Notes: generated from the letters alone by a model not told the origin. DNA of 64,000 nucleotides from Acidobacteriota bacterium (GCA_039931865.1 JBDTRB010000003.1:5364-69363); one strand, 5' to 3'; positions 20,519-32,879 are shown, counted from the first letter of the stretch. A program made the numbers and translations.

Positions 20519-21979
20519 TCAGAAGGTCTGTTTTCTCTGGGATGAGGAAGGAATCCGCAGCTCCTCGCGGTACTTCGCGACCGTACGGCGTGCGATCTGT
20601 ATCCCTTCGGCGCGGAGCCGCTGCATGATTCGCGCGTCGGAATGAGGCCGCTTCGCGTCCTCGTCCGCGATCAGCCGCGAAATCTTGTTCTTGATCGAGA
20701 CCGACGAAACGTCGTTGCCGGTCGTTGAGTCGATCCCGCTGTGGAAGAAATATTTCATCGGGAAGAGACCGCGCGGCGTGTGGATGTATTTGTTCGAGAC
20801 CACGCGGGACACCGTCGACTCGTGCATCCCGATGTCGTTGGCGACGTCGCGCAGAACGAGCGGCCGGAGGTGCTCGATGCCGTGATCGAGGAAACCGCGC
20901 TGGTGTCGGACGATCGAGTCGGCGACTTTGTAGATCGTGCGCTGCCGCTGGTCGAGGCTCTTGATCAGCCACACCGCAGACCGCATCTTGTCTTTCAGGT
21001 ACGTCGCGGCTTCTTCCCCGATGGCGCCGTTCCCTCCGCGCAGCATCTTCCGGTACGAGGAGGAGATCCGGAGTTTCGGAAGGCCGTCCTCGTTCAGCTG
21101 GATGACGTACTCGTCGCCGATCTTCCGCACTGCGACGTCGGGTTCGACATAGATGGTCCGCTCGTTCGAGTACTTGCGCCCGGGCTTCGGTTCGAGGTTC
21201 TTGATGACCTCGACCACCGCCTGGATCTCCGACATTCCAACTCCGAGCGAACGGGCGAGCTGCGGAAACTGGCGATTTAGAAATTCGCTCCAGTGCTCTG
21301 TGATCACCTTGTCGATCAGGGGGTTCTCGATCCCGAGCGCGCGGATCTGAATGCGCAGGCAGTCTGGCAGGTCAAACGCGCAGATCCCGGGGGGGTCGAA
21401 GGCGCGAACCAGGGCGAGCGCGATGTCCACCTGCTCGTCGTTCTCGTAGCCGCCGGCCCGGATCTCGTCGCGCGTGACGCGCAGGTACCCGTCCTCGTCG
21501 ATGTTCCCGATCAGATACATCGCGATCTCACGGATTTCAGGCGCGGCGTCCGACATCGAGATTTGCCAGCTCAGATACTCCTGGAGGCCCGGCGGGCGCG
21601 AGAGGATGTTCTCGAGCGGGACCTGCTCGGTCTCTTCGTACTGGCGAGGGTTGTAGGAGCTGTCGAGGTACTCCTCGAAATAGGAGTCGAAATCGATCTC
21701 GTCGAAAGAGTCGCGCTCCTTCTCGGGGGCCACCTCTCCGGGAGCTTCCGTGGCCGGGGCGGGACCTTCTTTGGCGGCCGCTTCGACCCGCTCGGCCTCC
21801 GCCTCGGCGGCCGCGTCTTCCTGCTCCTCCTCGAGGATCGGGTTCTCGACCATCTCCTGGTTCAAGACCTCCTCGAGCTCGAGCTTCGACATCTGAAGAA
21901 GCTTGATGGCCTGCTGCAGCGACGGCGTCATGACGAGCCGCTGGGACAGGCGAAGGTTCAGTTTTTGTTCAAGTCCCAT
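20519..21979 (-). CDS. rpoN: RNA polymerase sigma-54 factor
   Basis: N-terminal region I LNLRLSQRLVMTPSLQQAIKLLQMS, an acidic region II, and the C-terminal RpoN box ARRTVAKYREEL. Confidence 0.97.
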   Translation of the reverse strand: MGLEQKLNLRLSQRLVMTPSLQQAIKLLQMSKLELEEVLNQEMVENPILEEEQEDAAAEAEAERVEAAAKEGPAPATEAPGEVAPEKERDSFDEIDFDSYFEEYLDSSYNPRQYEETEQVPLENILSRPPGLQEYLSWQISMSDAAPEIREIAMYLIGNIDEDGYLRVTRDEIRAGGYENDEQVDIALALVRAFDPPGICAFDLPDCLRIQIRALGIENPLIDKVITEHWSEFLNRQFPQLARSLGVGMSEIQAVVEVIKNLEPKPGRKYSNERTIYVEPDVAVRKIGDEYVIQLNEDGLPKLRISSSYRKMLRGGNGAIGEEAATYLKDKMRSAVWLIKSLDQRQRTIYKVADSIVRHQRGFLDHGIEHLRPLVLRDVANDIGMHESTVSRVVSNKYIHTPRGLFPMKYFFHSGIDSTTGNDVSSVSIKNKISRLIADEDAKRPHSDARIMQRLRAEGIQIARRTVAKYREELRIPSSSQRKQTF

Positions 21980-22053
21980 TCTTCTCGGATCGCCAGCTCG
22001 CGTCGGCCGGTCGCGCCGCGCGGGTTGAAAGGCTTCTGTTGAAGTTCATGCGG

Positions 22054-22812
22054 TCAGTTCAGCTGAAACGCTTCCCCAAGATAGATCTTTTTTACGACGG
22101 CGTCGCTCGAGAGAGCAAGTGGCGTGCCCGCTCTCAGAATCTCGCCGCCATGAATTATATAAGCCCGGTCGACGATGGACAAAGTCTCGCGGACGTTGTG
22201 GTCGGTGATCAGAACGCCGATACCGGCGGTCGCCATCCTTCTCGCGATCCCCTGGATCTCGAGGACGGCGAGCGGGTCGATTCCGGCAAAAGGCTCGTCC
22301 AAGAGCACGAAATGAGGGGAAACGACCAGGCTGCGGGCGATTTCCACCCGGCGGCGCTCGCCTCCGGACAGGGTGTAGGCCCGGTGCGTCCGCAGAGCGT
22401 CGAGCCCGAATTCGGCCAGAAGACGGTCGGCACGTTCCCGCCTTTCCGCATGCGTCAGGTCCAGGGTCTCCAGAATCGCGAGAAGGTTCTCTTCGACGGT
22501 CATTTTGCGGAAGACCGAGGGCTCCTGCGGCAGGTACGAGATCCCGGCCCGCGCCCGGCGGTACATCGGGAGCGACGTCACGTCGCGGCCGGAAAGCCGC
22601 ACTTCGCCCGCGTCGGGCCGGACCAGGCCGACCACGATCGAAAACGTCGTGGTCTTGCCCGCGCCATTGGGCCCGAGAAGGCCGACGATCTCGCCAGCGC
22701 CGACCTCGAGAGAGACGCCCCGGACCACCGCGCGCCCTCCGTAGGTCTTGATGAGCCCTTCGGCGGCGAGGAGAGGCCGCGCCGGCTCCCGCTCGTCCTC
22801 GGGAGAGCTCAC
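22054..22812 (-). CDS. lptB: LPS export ABC transporter ATPase LptB
   Basis: Motifs: [62 protein letters not shown] start in a GTGA overlap with the upstream stop. Confidence 0.93.
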   Translation of the reverse strand: MSSPEDEREPARPLLAAEGLIKTYGGRAVVRGVSLEVGAGEIVGLLGPNGAGKTTTFSIVVGLVRPDAGEVRLSGRDVTSLPMYRRARAGISYLPQEPSVFRKMTVEENLLAILETLDLTHAERRERADRLLAEFGLDALRTHRAYTLSGGERRRVEIARSLVVSPHFVLLDEPFAGIDPLAVLEIQGIARRMATAGIGVLITDHNVRETLSIVDRAYIIHGGEILRAGTPLALSSDAVVKKIYLGEAFQLN

Positions 22813-24983
22813 TGGCTGCGGGTCCTGTGGATCGTCTCCGTGCGTCCTCCCTCCGGGGCGGTCACTTCGACGCTACCCCCCCGCTTCGCAATCGTCAAGG
22901 TCGCGCCGGCCACTCGATTGCCCTCGCGGTCGAGAACGACGGCCGGCGCGCCCTCGAGGACCGTCCGGCCCTCCAGAGGCCAGTCGGTCGCTTTCGAAGC
23001 CCGTCCGCTCCGCCCCTCCGCCGCGTCCCGGAAGGAGACGTCGCCGTTCATCTCCACGCGCTCGATGCGGCGGTCCGGGCCGATGTACGCGACGGCCGTG
23101 TTCGCCGACGCGTGCCAGGGGCCGCTCGTGACGACGACCGATCCGTCGAACGAGGCGGTCGCCGGAAGGGCGGCGGCGGTCGCCGCCCCGGCGGGAGCGG
23201 CGGACGCCGTCGGGGAGACGGACGGTGCGGCGCCCGGATCGAGCCGCGCGCCGGGGACCTCGCGATACACGAGGCGGCGGGCCGTCACCACCGATGGGTG
23301 ACGGTCGCGCTCGGAAGCGGCTGCGGCCCGCGCGCCGGGTTTGACGGCGCCTGTCGCGGCTGCGGTGCCTGACGCGCCCGCCGGTGCCGGTGCGCCCGCG
23401 GGCTTGCGTGCGTCCGCCGGCGAGAAGACCGTCCGGGTGTTGCCGACCGCGACCAGGCTGCGCTCCGTGTCGTTCACGGTGATGTCGTTGCCGAAGACGG
23501 ACGACCCCTCCTGCCAGAGCGTCGCGTTGCCCGACAGGGTCGCGACACGAGTCGCGTCGTCGAACGTCATCCGGTCGGCTTTCCCGAACGTCGGGCGGGT
23601 GGAGTCGCCCACCGGTGTGGCCAGCCGCCCGCCGCTCTGCCGCGGGACGAGCACCGCGCGCGCTCCCCCCTCCGCGCGCACGCCCTTGTGCTTCTGGTCG
23701 ATCTCGATTCGCGCCGCGGAAACGCGGGACCCATCCCCATCGACCGTGGCCGATCGCCCCGGTCCGCCGGTCAAGACCCAGACGTCGCGGTCCGCGACCT
23801 GCACCGCGCGATCGGCGGTGCCGGAGCGGCCTTCGCCGGACATCTTCACCGAGCCGGAGAGCTCCAGCGTCTGGACTTCTCCCGTCGGGAGCAGGGTCAT
23901 CGCCGCCTGGTCCGACTCGCCGTGGCTGGCGGCGGTCTCGACCCTGACGGCTCCCTGCGCGCGCGCGGAGCGAGCCTGCCCTCCCTCGAACGTGACGTCG
24001 ATCGAGCTCGCGCGCAACTTTCGTCCGGCCGGCACGCCCGGGCCGGGCTGTTCGTCCACCGACGCCGGGGAGCCCGAGAGCGCGAGCGACCGTACCGAGC
24101 CGTCGGGGGCGAACAACAGGCCTCCCCGCTCGCCCGCGTACGACTGCCGTCCGCGCTTTCCGGCGGCGCCGGGCGACGCGAGCGGGGCGGACTCGATCGT
24201 GCCCTGCACGTGACCTTCGGCGCGCGCCCAGTCGAACCCCCGACCCTCCTCCGACGTTTTCAGGACGAGTCGATCCGAGGAAATACGATTCCCGCCGGTG
24301 GACTGGCCCGACACGTTCCCGGAAAGCTCCACGGTCGCCTCGTCGCGCTTGTAGACGGCCCGATCCGCGGCGAGGGCCGACAAGCCTCCCGATCCATCCC
24401 CGGTTCCGGAGCCGCGCACCGGACCCTCGAGACGCGCCTCCCGATGCGCGACGTCGTAGATGCCGGAGCGCGCTTCGAGGACGAAGGTGCCGCGCGTGAC
24501 GCGCAGGGCTCCCGGCGCGACCAGCTCGCGGGCCGCGGGACGGAACTCGACTTCGGCGGTCTCTCCGAGCGCTCCGCGTCCGTCGATCCAGCGGACGTTT
24601 CCCTTGAGCCGCGCGGCGTTCGTCCGCTGGTCGTAGGTCGCCTTCTCCGAATGCACCGTGACGGGAGCTCCGGTTTCCGGATACACCGTCAGCGCGACTT
24701 TCTCGAGAGCATAGAGGTTCGGCAGCAGTCCGGCGGCCGCACCGAACCCGACCGTGCGCTCAGACTGGATGTGGAAGAGCGGCTTGCCGCGGAGCGTCTC
24801 CGTGTAGTCGAAGCCCTTGAGAACGGTCGTGGCCTGTCCGGCCTCCTCGGACGGGGGGACCTCCTGCTTCGAGGGGTGCCCCGCGGCCGGGCGCCGCCCC
24901 GGCCGGAACGAGTAGACGAGAAACGCGACGAAGAGCGCGCCGAAGGTCAGCACGGCCGCCTCCACGGCCCGGCGCGCGGTCAT
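22809..24983 (-). CDS. large membrane-anchored LptC/LptA (OstA-like) multi-repeat protein
   Basis: Start is placed at ATG 24981-24983 ([26 protein letters not shown], a single N-terminal TM as in LptC). About 700 aa of OstA/LptA-like beta-jellyroll repeat signatures follow ([19 protein letters not shown]; [36 protein letters not shown]; ...[24 protein letters not shown]). It occupies the lptC-lptA position directly upstream of lptB. The domain count is not verified. Confidence 0.7.
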   Translation of the reverse strand: MTARRAVEAAVLTFGALFVAFLVYSFRPGRRPAAGHPSKQEVPPSEEAGQATTVLKGFDYTETLRGKPLFHIQSERTVGFGAAAGLLPNLYALEKVALTVYPETGAPVTVHSEKATYDQRTNAARLKGNVRWIDGRGALGETAEVEFRPAARELVAPGALRVTRGTFVLEARSGIYDVAHREARLEGPVRGSGTGDGSGGLSALAADRAVYKRDEATVELSGNVSGQSTGGNRISSDRLVLKTSEEGRGFDWARAEGHVQGTIESAPLASPGAAGKRGRQSYAGERGGLLFAPDGSVRSLALSGSPASVDEQPGPGVPAGRKLRASSIDVTFEGGQARSARAQGAVRVETAASHGESDQAAMTLLPTGEVQTLELSGSVKMSGEGRSGTADRAVQVADRDVWVLTGGPGRSATVDGDGSRVSAARIEIDQKHKGVRAEGGARAVLVPRQSGGRLATPVGDSTRPTFGKADRMTFDDATRVATLSGNATLWQEGSSVFGNDITVNDTERSLVAVGNTRTVFSPADARKPAGAPAPAGASGTAAATGAVKPGARAAAASERDRHPSVVTARRLVYREVPGARLDPGAAPSVSPTASAAPAGAATAAALPATASFDGSVVVTSGPWHASANTAVAYIGPDRRIERVEMNGDVSFRDAAEGRSGRASKATDWPLEGRTVLEGAPAVVLDREGNRVAGATLTIAKRGGSVEVTAPEGGRTETIHRTRSQ

Positions 24984-25059
24984 CGATCGAGCGCGTCGCC
25001 CGCACGGACTTCTGGACGTCCGACGTCGACGTCCCGCTGGCGGAGGCCGTCCTGTTCCG

Positions 25060-26811
<1,752 letters not shown>

Positions 26812-26883
26812 ACGCTCAGTGTCGTCGGAGGATGCGACAAACGACGTCCGGGCGCTGGCCGATTTTCGCCCGGGCGCTCCCTC

Positions 26884-27849
26884 TCACGCGCCGCCGGGGA
26901 TCGTCTCGAACCGCCCGAGCGCCCGGAATTTGCGGTAGCGCGCCTCTCCTCGGTCCGCCGGGGTCTGCGAGAGAAGCGGCCTCAGGTGCCGTTCTATCGC
27001 CTCCCCGACGGCCGCGGTGGCGCCGGACGGGTCGGAGTGCGCGCCGCCGGGCGGCTCGGGAATGATCTCGTCCACAACGTCGAGCGCCTTCAGGTCGGCC
27101 GCGGTCAGCTTGAGCGCCTCCGCCGCGTCCTTCTTTCGCGCGGCGTCTTTCCACAGGATGGCGGCACACCCTTCGGGCGAGATGACGGAGTACACGGAGT
27201 GCTCGAGCATCAGGACCCGGTCGCCGATACCGAGCGCCAGCGCGCCGCCGGACCCCCCCTCTCCCGTGATCGTGACGATGATCGGGACCTTCAGGGAAGC
27301 CATCACGCGAAGGTTCACGGCGATCGCTTCGGCCTGACCGCGCTCTTCGGCGTCGATGCCGGGGTAGGCACCGGTCGTGTCGACGAACGAGAGCACGGGC
27401 CGCCCGAACTTTTCGGCGAGCTGCATCACGCGGAGGGCCTTACGGAACCCCTCGGGTCGAGGCATTCCGAAATTGCGCCGGATCTTCTCTTTGGTGTCAC
27501 GCCCCTTCTGGTGTCCGACGACCGCGACCGGAACCCCCCGGAAGGACGCGAGGCCCGCGACGACGGCGGCATCGTCGGAGAATTTGCGGTCTCCGTGCAG
27601 CTCGACAAAGTCCGTGGTGAGCGCGACCACGTAGTCGAGCGCATAGGGGCGAGCGGGATGCCGGGCGACCACCGTCTTCTGCCAGGCCGAGAGCCCGGCG
27701 TAGATTTCGCGGGTGAGCCGGTCCAGCTTTTCCTGCAGCTTCTCGATCTCGCGCCGGTGCGCCGCATCGTCCGGGAGAGCCGAGAGGTCCTCGATCCGCT
27801 GACGAAGCTTCGTCAACGGCTCTTCGAAGCTCGACTCTTCGGAATTCAT
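26884..27849 (-). CDS. accA: acetyl-CoA carboxylase carboxyltransferase alpha subunit
   Basis: Start at ATG 27847-27849 (MNSEESSFEEPL). Motifs: VARHPARPY, ELHGDRKFSDD, NFGMPRPEGFRKALR, FVDTTGAYPGIDAEERGQAEAIA, GEGGSGGALA. Confidence 0.93.
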   Translation of the reverse strand: MNSEESSFEEPLTKLRQRIEDLSALPDDAAHRREIEKLQEKLDRLTREIYAGLSAWQKTVVARHPARPYALDYVVALTTDFVELHGDRKFSDDAAVVAGLASFRGVPVAVVGHQKGRDTKEKIRRNFGMPRPEGFRKALRVMQLAEKFGRPVLSFVDTTGAYPGIDAEERGQAEAIAVNLRVMASLKVPIIVTITGEGGSGGALALGIGDRVLMLEHSVYSVISPEGCAAILWKDAARKKDAAEALKLTAADLKALDVVDEIIPEPPGGAHSDPSGATAAVGEAIERHLRPLLSQTPADRGEARYRKFRALGRFETIPGGA

Positions 27850-27992
27850 GGACTTTGATTCTACCGTCGCATCCGCGCCGGTGGTGAGGGCGCGCCAGCT
27901 GGCTCCCGAGTTCGGGGAGAGGGATGGGCGCGGGGCGGCAGTCAGGGATGAGCCCAGGCGGCTCCGTGCCGGCCTGGTCTTGAGCGCTTCCG

Positions 27993-29447
27993 CTACAGGA
28001 GCCATTCGATCGGGAGCCACGACAGGACTCGAACGGCCAGGAGCCTCCCCGGACTGACGCCTGGCTCCTTTCTATGAACCGTCTCCCCTTCTGACGTCCG
28101 CTCGACCCATTCGAGGGATCCGGAGCCGGCGAGCCGCACCTCGTAGGCTCGCGCGAGCACCGGGCCGGCGAATGCTTCGGTCATCGCTTGCGCGAGGGCC
28201 GGGCTGTCGATGACGAAGCCGAGCTCCGTATTCAGCTTTGCCGACCGCGGGTCGAAGTTGAAAGAACCGATGAAGACTCTCGCGCGGTCGACTGAAAACG
28301 TCTTCGCGTGGAGGCTCGAGCCCGAGCTGCCTGTCAGGCCGCGGTCCTTTCCGGACGGGACCGGAGAGGCGCGCTTCATCTCGAACAATGTGACGCCGCA
28401 CTCGAGGAGTGGCTTGCGCCTCTTCGCGTATCCGGCGTGGACCGCGACGACGTCGGTCGCCTCCAGGGAATTCGTCAGCACCGTGATCTTCACGCCGTCG
28501 CGGGCGAGAGCGGCGAACGTCTCGATCCCCTGCGCGCCGGGGACGAAGTATGGAGATATGAGCTGAAGCTCCGTCTTCGGGGCGTCGAGAATCCTGGTCA
28601 ACCGGCCCCAGAGATGCTCCTTCTCCGGCGCACGCCCGAGGCCTTTCGCGGGGTCGTCGCTGACCATTCGGGTGATCGCCCAGTCGAAGTTCAGCTCGCG
28701 GGCGAGAAGGTCTCGCACGAAAGGCGAGGCGGCGACCGCCCGGGAATACTCCTCAGCGGCCTTCTCCCCTTCGGCCCGCGATGCGGCGGCGGTCACCTCC
28801 GCCCGGGACGCGTCGCTGACGGGAGCGAGGACCGTTTCGGCCGGGCAGGCGGAGCCGCTCTTCCAGTAGCGGTCGAAATCGAGCGAGACGTCGGCGACGA
28901 CGGGTCCGACGGCGAGCACGTCGAGGTCCACGAACAGGACGTCGTGCGCCGCTTCGAAGTATTCGTCTCCGACGTTACGCCCGCCGATGATCGTGACCTG
29001 ACCGTCCGCAATGAACGACTTGTTGTGCATGCGGCGGTTCAGGCGTGAAAAGTCCGCGAAGTAGTCGATCAGCCTCCATCGCCTGTGGAAGAACGGGTTG
29101 AAAAGCCGCACTTCGATCTTCGGGTGTGCGGAGAGTGTCGCAATCGTGGCGTCGAGACCGGTGGAGTTGTTGTCGTCGAGCAGAAGTCGGACCCGGACGC
29201 CCCGGTCCGCGGCCCTGCGGGCGGCGCGAAACAGGAGCGTTCCGGACATGTCGTCGTGCCAGATGTAGTACTGGAGGTCGAGCGTGCGCTCGGCCGCGTC
29301 GGCGAGCAGCGCGCGGGCGGCAAAAGCGTCGCGGCCCTCCCGCAGCGGAAAAATCCCGGAGAGGCCGGGGTGCGAATCCACGAGCGGGCGGACCGCCTTC
29401 GAGAGTCGGGTCTCTTCCGCGCCCTCTTGCGTCGCCGCCGCGCACAT
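27993..29447 (-). CDS. phospholipase D / cardiolipin-synthase-like family protein (two HKD motifs)
   Basis: First HKD is MHNKSFIADGQVTIIGGRNVGDEY. Second HKD is LHAKTFSVDRARVFIGSFNFDPRS. Confidence 0.85.
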   Translation of the reverse strand: MCAAATQEGAEETRLSKAVRPLVDSHPGLSGIFPLREGRDAFAARALLADAAERTLDLQYYIWHDDMSGTLLFRAARRAADRGVRVRLLLDDNNSTGLDATIATLSAHPKIEVRLFNPFFHRRWRLIDYFADFSRLNRRMHNKSFIADGQVTIIGGRNVGDEYFEAAHDVLFVDLDVLAVGPVVADVSLDFDRYWKSGSACPAETVLAPVSDASRAEVTAAASRAEGEKAAEEYSRAVAASPFVRDLLARELNFDWAITRMVSDDPAKGLGRAPEKEHLWGRLTRILDAPKTELQLISPYFVPGAQGIETFAALARDGVKITVLTNSLEATDVVAVHAGYAKRRKPLLECGVTLFEMKRASPVPSGKDRGLTGSSGSSLHAKTFSVDRARVFIGSFNFDPRSAKLNTELGFVIDSPALAQAMTEAFAGPVLARAYEVRLAGSGSLEWVERTSEGETVHRKEPGVSPGRLLAVRVLSWLPIEWLL

Positions 29448-29636
29448 CTCTTGCTCCGTGGAAAGAAGAGAGAAACCGCCTCATCCCCCATGGCACTCGG
29501 CAGCCGGGATCATTATCCCCGCCGCGAATCGGGCGTGGTCTGCGGCGAGGCAAAGAAGGACTGCCCACCCGCGGGCGCCTTCAGCCCGATCCTCTCCCCG
29601 AGCAGAGGGAGAGCGAGAGCAAAAGGAAGGAGTTCG

Positions 29637-32036
29637 TCACATCAAGTCCTGCGGGTCGACATCCGCGGCTACCTGCACTCCGGAAGGGGGCCGCTCGGGG
29701 ATGCAGGATTCCAGTATGGTCAGGATCGTCCGACGGTCCGGCGCCCGGAGCAGGACCTGGTATCGCCACTTTCCCTGGAGACGCTCGAGGGGCGCTGGGG
29801 CAGGTCCGGAAAGCCGGAGACCGGGAGCCCCTTCTGCGGCTGCCGCGATCGAGGACGCCGTCTCTCTCGCGCGCTCGCGGTCCGGCGACGAAACGAGCAC
29901 CGCAGCCAGCTCGCAGAATGGGGGATAAAAAAAGGAGCGGCGGAAGACGAGCTCGTCCGCGCAGAAGCCGTCGACGTCGTGCTCGGCGGCCCGCCGGATC
30001 GCGGGGTGCTGCGGATGGAAGGTCTGGACGTGAACCGTCCCGGGCGAGTCGCCGCGGCCCGCACGGCCCGCGACCTGCGCGACGAGCTGGAAGGTCTTTT
30101 CGGCGGATCGGAAGTCCGGAAAATTCAGAAGCGTGTCGGCGGAAAGCACGCCGACCGCCGTCACGTTCGGGAAGTCGTGTCCCTTCGCGACCATCTGCGT
30201 CCCGATGAGACAGGCCACGCGGCCGGCGAGCACGTCCTCGACGACCGCGCCGGCTCCCCTCTTCCTCGAGCTGTCCCGGTCGAGGACCGCGTACGGCACG
30301 CCCGGAAAGAGCTCGGCGAATCGGTCTCCCACGCGCTCGGTGCCGAACCCGATCGCCTCGAGAAGCGCGCCGGAGCATTCCGGGCAGCGAAGCGGCCTCG
30401 CGAGGCGCTCTCCGCAGTAGTGGCAGACGAGACGCTGCCCGCGTTCGTGGACCGTACGGGCGACGCTGCAGTTCGTGCATCGGAAGTCGTGACCGCATTC
30501 CCGGCAAAGGAGAAACGGCGCGTAACCGCGGCGCGGCTGAAGAAGGATCGCCTGCTCGCCGCGCGCGAAGGTCTCGCGCAGCCGTTCGACGAGCGGCCGG
30601 GAAAAAAGCGGAATTCCCTTTTCGTCCGGGCGGGGAATCTCGCGGCGCAGGTCGACGATCGACACCCTCGGCAGCGGCTTTGCCTCGACTCGCTCGGTCA
30701 GGAGAAGGCGGGCGACGCGGCCCTGGCGGGACGCATGGTAAGCCTCGATCGACGGGGTCGCCGTGCCGAACAACAGTGCGGCTCCGGCGGTCCGCGCCCG
30801 GAGCGCGGCGACTTCACGCGCGTCGTACCGGGGTGACTCGCGCTGCTTGTAGGAAGAGTCGTGCTCCTCGTCCACCACGATCACACCGGGGTCCGCGACG
30901 GGGGCGAAGATCGCGGACCTCGGCCCGATCACCGCGCGGGCGTCTCCGCGGCGGACGCGATCCCAGGCCAGACCGCGGTCGCGCTCGGAAAGCGCGGAGT
31001 GCAGCAGAGCGGCGCGGTCACCGAACTTCCTCGTGAGCTCGCGCGCGAAGACCGGCGTGAGCGCGATCTCCGGAACCAGCCAGATCGCGCCTCGGCCGGC
31101 GCCGAGCGCTTCGCCGATCGCGCGCAGGTACACCTCCGTCTTCCCGCTCCCCGTGACGCCCTGGAGCAGTGCCGGGAAATACCGCTTTTCCCGGATGGCC
31201 GCCGTGAGAGCGGAAACCGCCACGTCCTGTTCCGCTGTGAGCCGGAAGACCGTACGGGCGGCGAGCGCCGGCGCCGCTTCGTCGCGCAGCGGCTGTTCGA
31301 ACGAGCGCACGAGCCCGGAAACCGAGAGCGTGCGCAGGACGTCCGGGCCGGCGCCCGTGGCGAGGCGCACCTCGGCCGCGGTGGCCGGCCGCCCTAGCGC
31401 CGCGAGCCACGACAGGACCTGTTCGCCGCGGGCGCTGCGCTTGACGGGCTCCGCGGGCCCCACGGCGGGAAGGTACGCGGTCACCGTGCGTGCGCGTCGG
31501 TCGCGGAAGGAGGAAACCGCCCGCACCCACCCGCGTTCTTCCAGCGACCGCAGGGCTTCCGCGGCTCCCTTCGGAAGGTCCACCGCCCGGATGGGCTCTC
31601 CGACCGCCAGCGCCTCCAGGACCGCGGCCTCGGCGGCCTCGGCGGCAGACCCGCGCCCGACCGCTCCCTTTTCCGTGATGCGGTACCGAAGCGCGCCGGG
31701 CGCCGGCAGCCGCGCGGGCAGCGCGCTCTTCAGCACCTCGCCGGTCGATGCGAAGAAACGCTGAGCCGTACGGCGGGCGAGCTCCAGGAGCTCCCCCGGG
31801 CAAACCGGTTCGAGGTCCAGGACCTCGAGAATCTCGCGCAGGCCGGCGGCGCTCTGGCCGGCGGAGGACACGACGACCCCGGTGAGAGCTCGTTGTCCGA
31901 ACGGGACGCGCACTCGCGTGCCGGGCGCCGGCGCTTCGATGCCGGAAGGGACGAGATACGAGAACTCGCGCCGGAGCGGCAGCGGAAGCGCGACCGAGAT
32001 GATCGGGCGCGGTTGCGGTTGCGGTGTGTCGGTCAA
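29637..32036 (-). CDS. priA: primosomal protein N' (replication restart helicase PriA)
   Basis: Motifs: LLQGVTGSGKTEVY, VVDEEHD, and the Cys-rich zinc region CRECGHDFRCTNCS...CHYCG...CPECS. Confidence 0.95.
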   Translation of the reverse strand: MTDTPQPQPRPIISVALPLPLRREFSYLVPSGIEAPAPGTRVRVPFGQRALTGVVVSSAGQSAAGLREILEVLDLEPVCPGELLELARRTAQRFFASTGEVLKSALPARLPAPGALRYRITEKGAVGRGSAAEAAEAAVLEALAVGEPIRAVDLPKGAAEALRSLEERGWVRAVSSFRDRRARTVTAYLPAVGPAEPVKRSARGEQVLSWLAALGRPATAAEVRLATGAGPDVLRTLSVSGLVRSFEQPLRDEAAPALAARTVFRLTAEQDVAVSALTAAIREKRYFPALLQGVTGSGKTEVYLRAIGEALGAGRGAIWLVPEIALTPVFARELTRKFGDRAALLHSALSERDRGLAWDRVRRGDARAVIGPRSAIFAPVADPGVIVVDEEHDSSYKQRESPRYDAREVAALRARTAGAALLFGTATPSIEAYHASRQGRVARLLLTERVEAKPLPRVSIVDLRREIPRPDEKGIPLFSRPLVERLRETFARGEQAILLQPRRGYAPFLLCRECGHDFRCTNCSVARTVHERGQRLVCHYCGERLARPLRCPECSGALLEAIGFGTERVGDRFAELFPGVPYAVLDRDSSRKRGAGAVVEDVLAGRVACLIGTQMVAKGHDFPNVTAVGVLSADTLLNFPDFRSAEKTFQLVAQVAGRAGRGDSPGTVHVQTFHPQHPAIRRAAEHDVDGFCADELVFRRSFFYPPFCELAAVLVSSPDRERARETASSIAAAAEGAPGLRLSGPAPAPLERLQGKWRYQVLLRAPDRRTILTILESCIPERPPSGVQVAADVDPQDLM

Positions 32037-32092
32037 CGCGCGGGACGCCGCGCGGGGCGCGCGGACCGGGGAGACTCGGCCACGTGTCCCGG

Positions 32093-32812
32093 TTACCAGC
32101 GCTGCGCCGGCGCGCGGAGCCGGACGGGCGCTCCGGTCTGGGAAACGGATGGAGATTCCGAGTCGTCGTCGGACTCCGGAACCAGCACGAACGTGTGCGC
32201 CACGGGATCCCAGTGATACCGCCGCACGGTGTCGCTCTCCAGGTCCGGGCTGATCACGATCGAATCACGGTCGACCGACAGGTCTCCCCGCGCGAGGCTG
32301 ATGTCGCGCTCGATGAATGTCCCGGAGGAAAACTCCCTGGCGCCTCCGGAAACGCCCCGGCCGGTGAAGACCACCACCGAGAACCAGGACGTCCCGCGTC
32401 CGAGGTCCCGGCGCACGAATGCCACGACCAGATCGAGCACTCCGTCGTCGTTCACGTCCCCGCGGACGAAGTAGGGGTGGTAGACCCCGTAGAGGCTCTT
32501 GAGCTCCGTGTCGCCGTCGGGTCCAGGCCGCCGATCAGAGTCCCGCGCGATGCGCAGATTCGGGTTCTTTTTCAGGAAATCATCGAGCGCGCCCGTTTCC
32601 GGAGGCGTGAAGACGTACCCGCTCGAAATCGCGCGCGCGGGCGACCGGGACTTTTCGGGAGAGGCCGCTGAGGACGCGGTCCCCGGCCCGGAGACAGATC
32701 TCGTCGAGCGTCGGCAGGAGAAGACGCACAGGGCGGCGAGGAACAGCGCGAGCGCGCCGCCGCGGCGCCCGAGAGCGCCCCGAAGTCGATTGCGGATGAG
32801 GACGAAGGCCAT
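32093..32812 (-). CDS. hypothetical lipoprotein with FG-GAP/VCBS-like segment
   Basis: Signal peptide with Cys (ALALFLAALCVFSC) and GDVNDDGVLDLVVAF. No family assigned. Confidence 0.6.
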   Translation of the reverse strand: MAFVLIRNRLRGALGRRGGALALFLAALCVFSCRRSTRSVSGPGTASSAASPEKSRSPARAISSGYVFTPPETGALDDFLKKNPNLRIARDSDRRPGPDGDTELKSLYGVYHPYFVRGDVNDDGVLDLVVAFVRRDLGRGTSWFSVVVFTGRGVSGGAREFSSGTFIERDISLARGDLSVDRDSIVISPDLESDTVRRYHWDPVAHTFVLVPESDDDSESPSVSQTGAPVRLRAPAQRW

Positions 32813-32832
32813 GCGTCGGACGGCGGCGATTG

Positions 32833-32879
32833 TACGGCAGGCGCTTATACGGCAGTACGGCAGTACGGCAGTACGGCAA
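32833..32879. repeat. octamer array TACGGCAG: one copy at 32833-32840, then four tandem copies at 32848-32879 (last unit TACGGCAA)
   Basis: Read directly. Lies in the divergent spacer between the lipoprotein start (32812) and the aspA-like start (32959). Confidence 0.95.
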
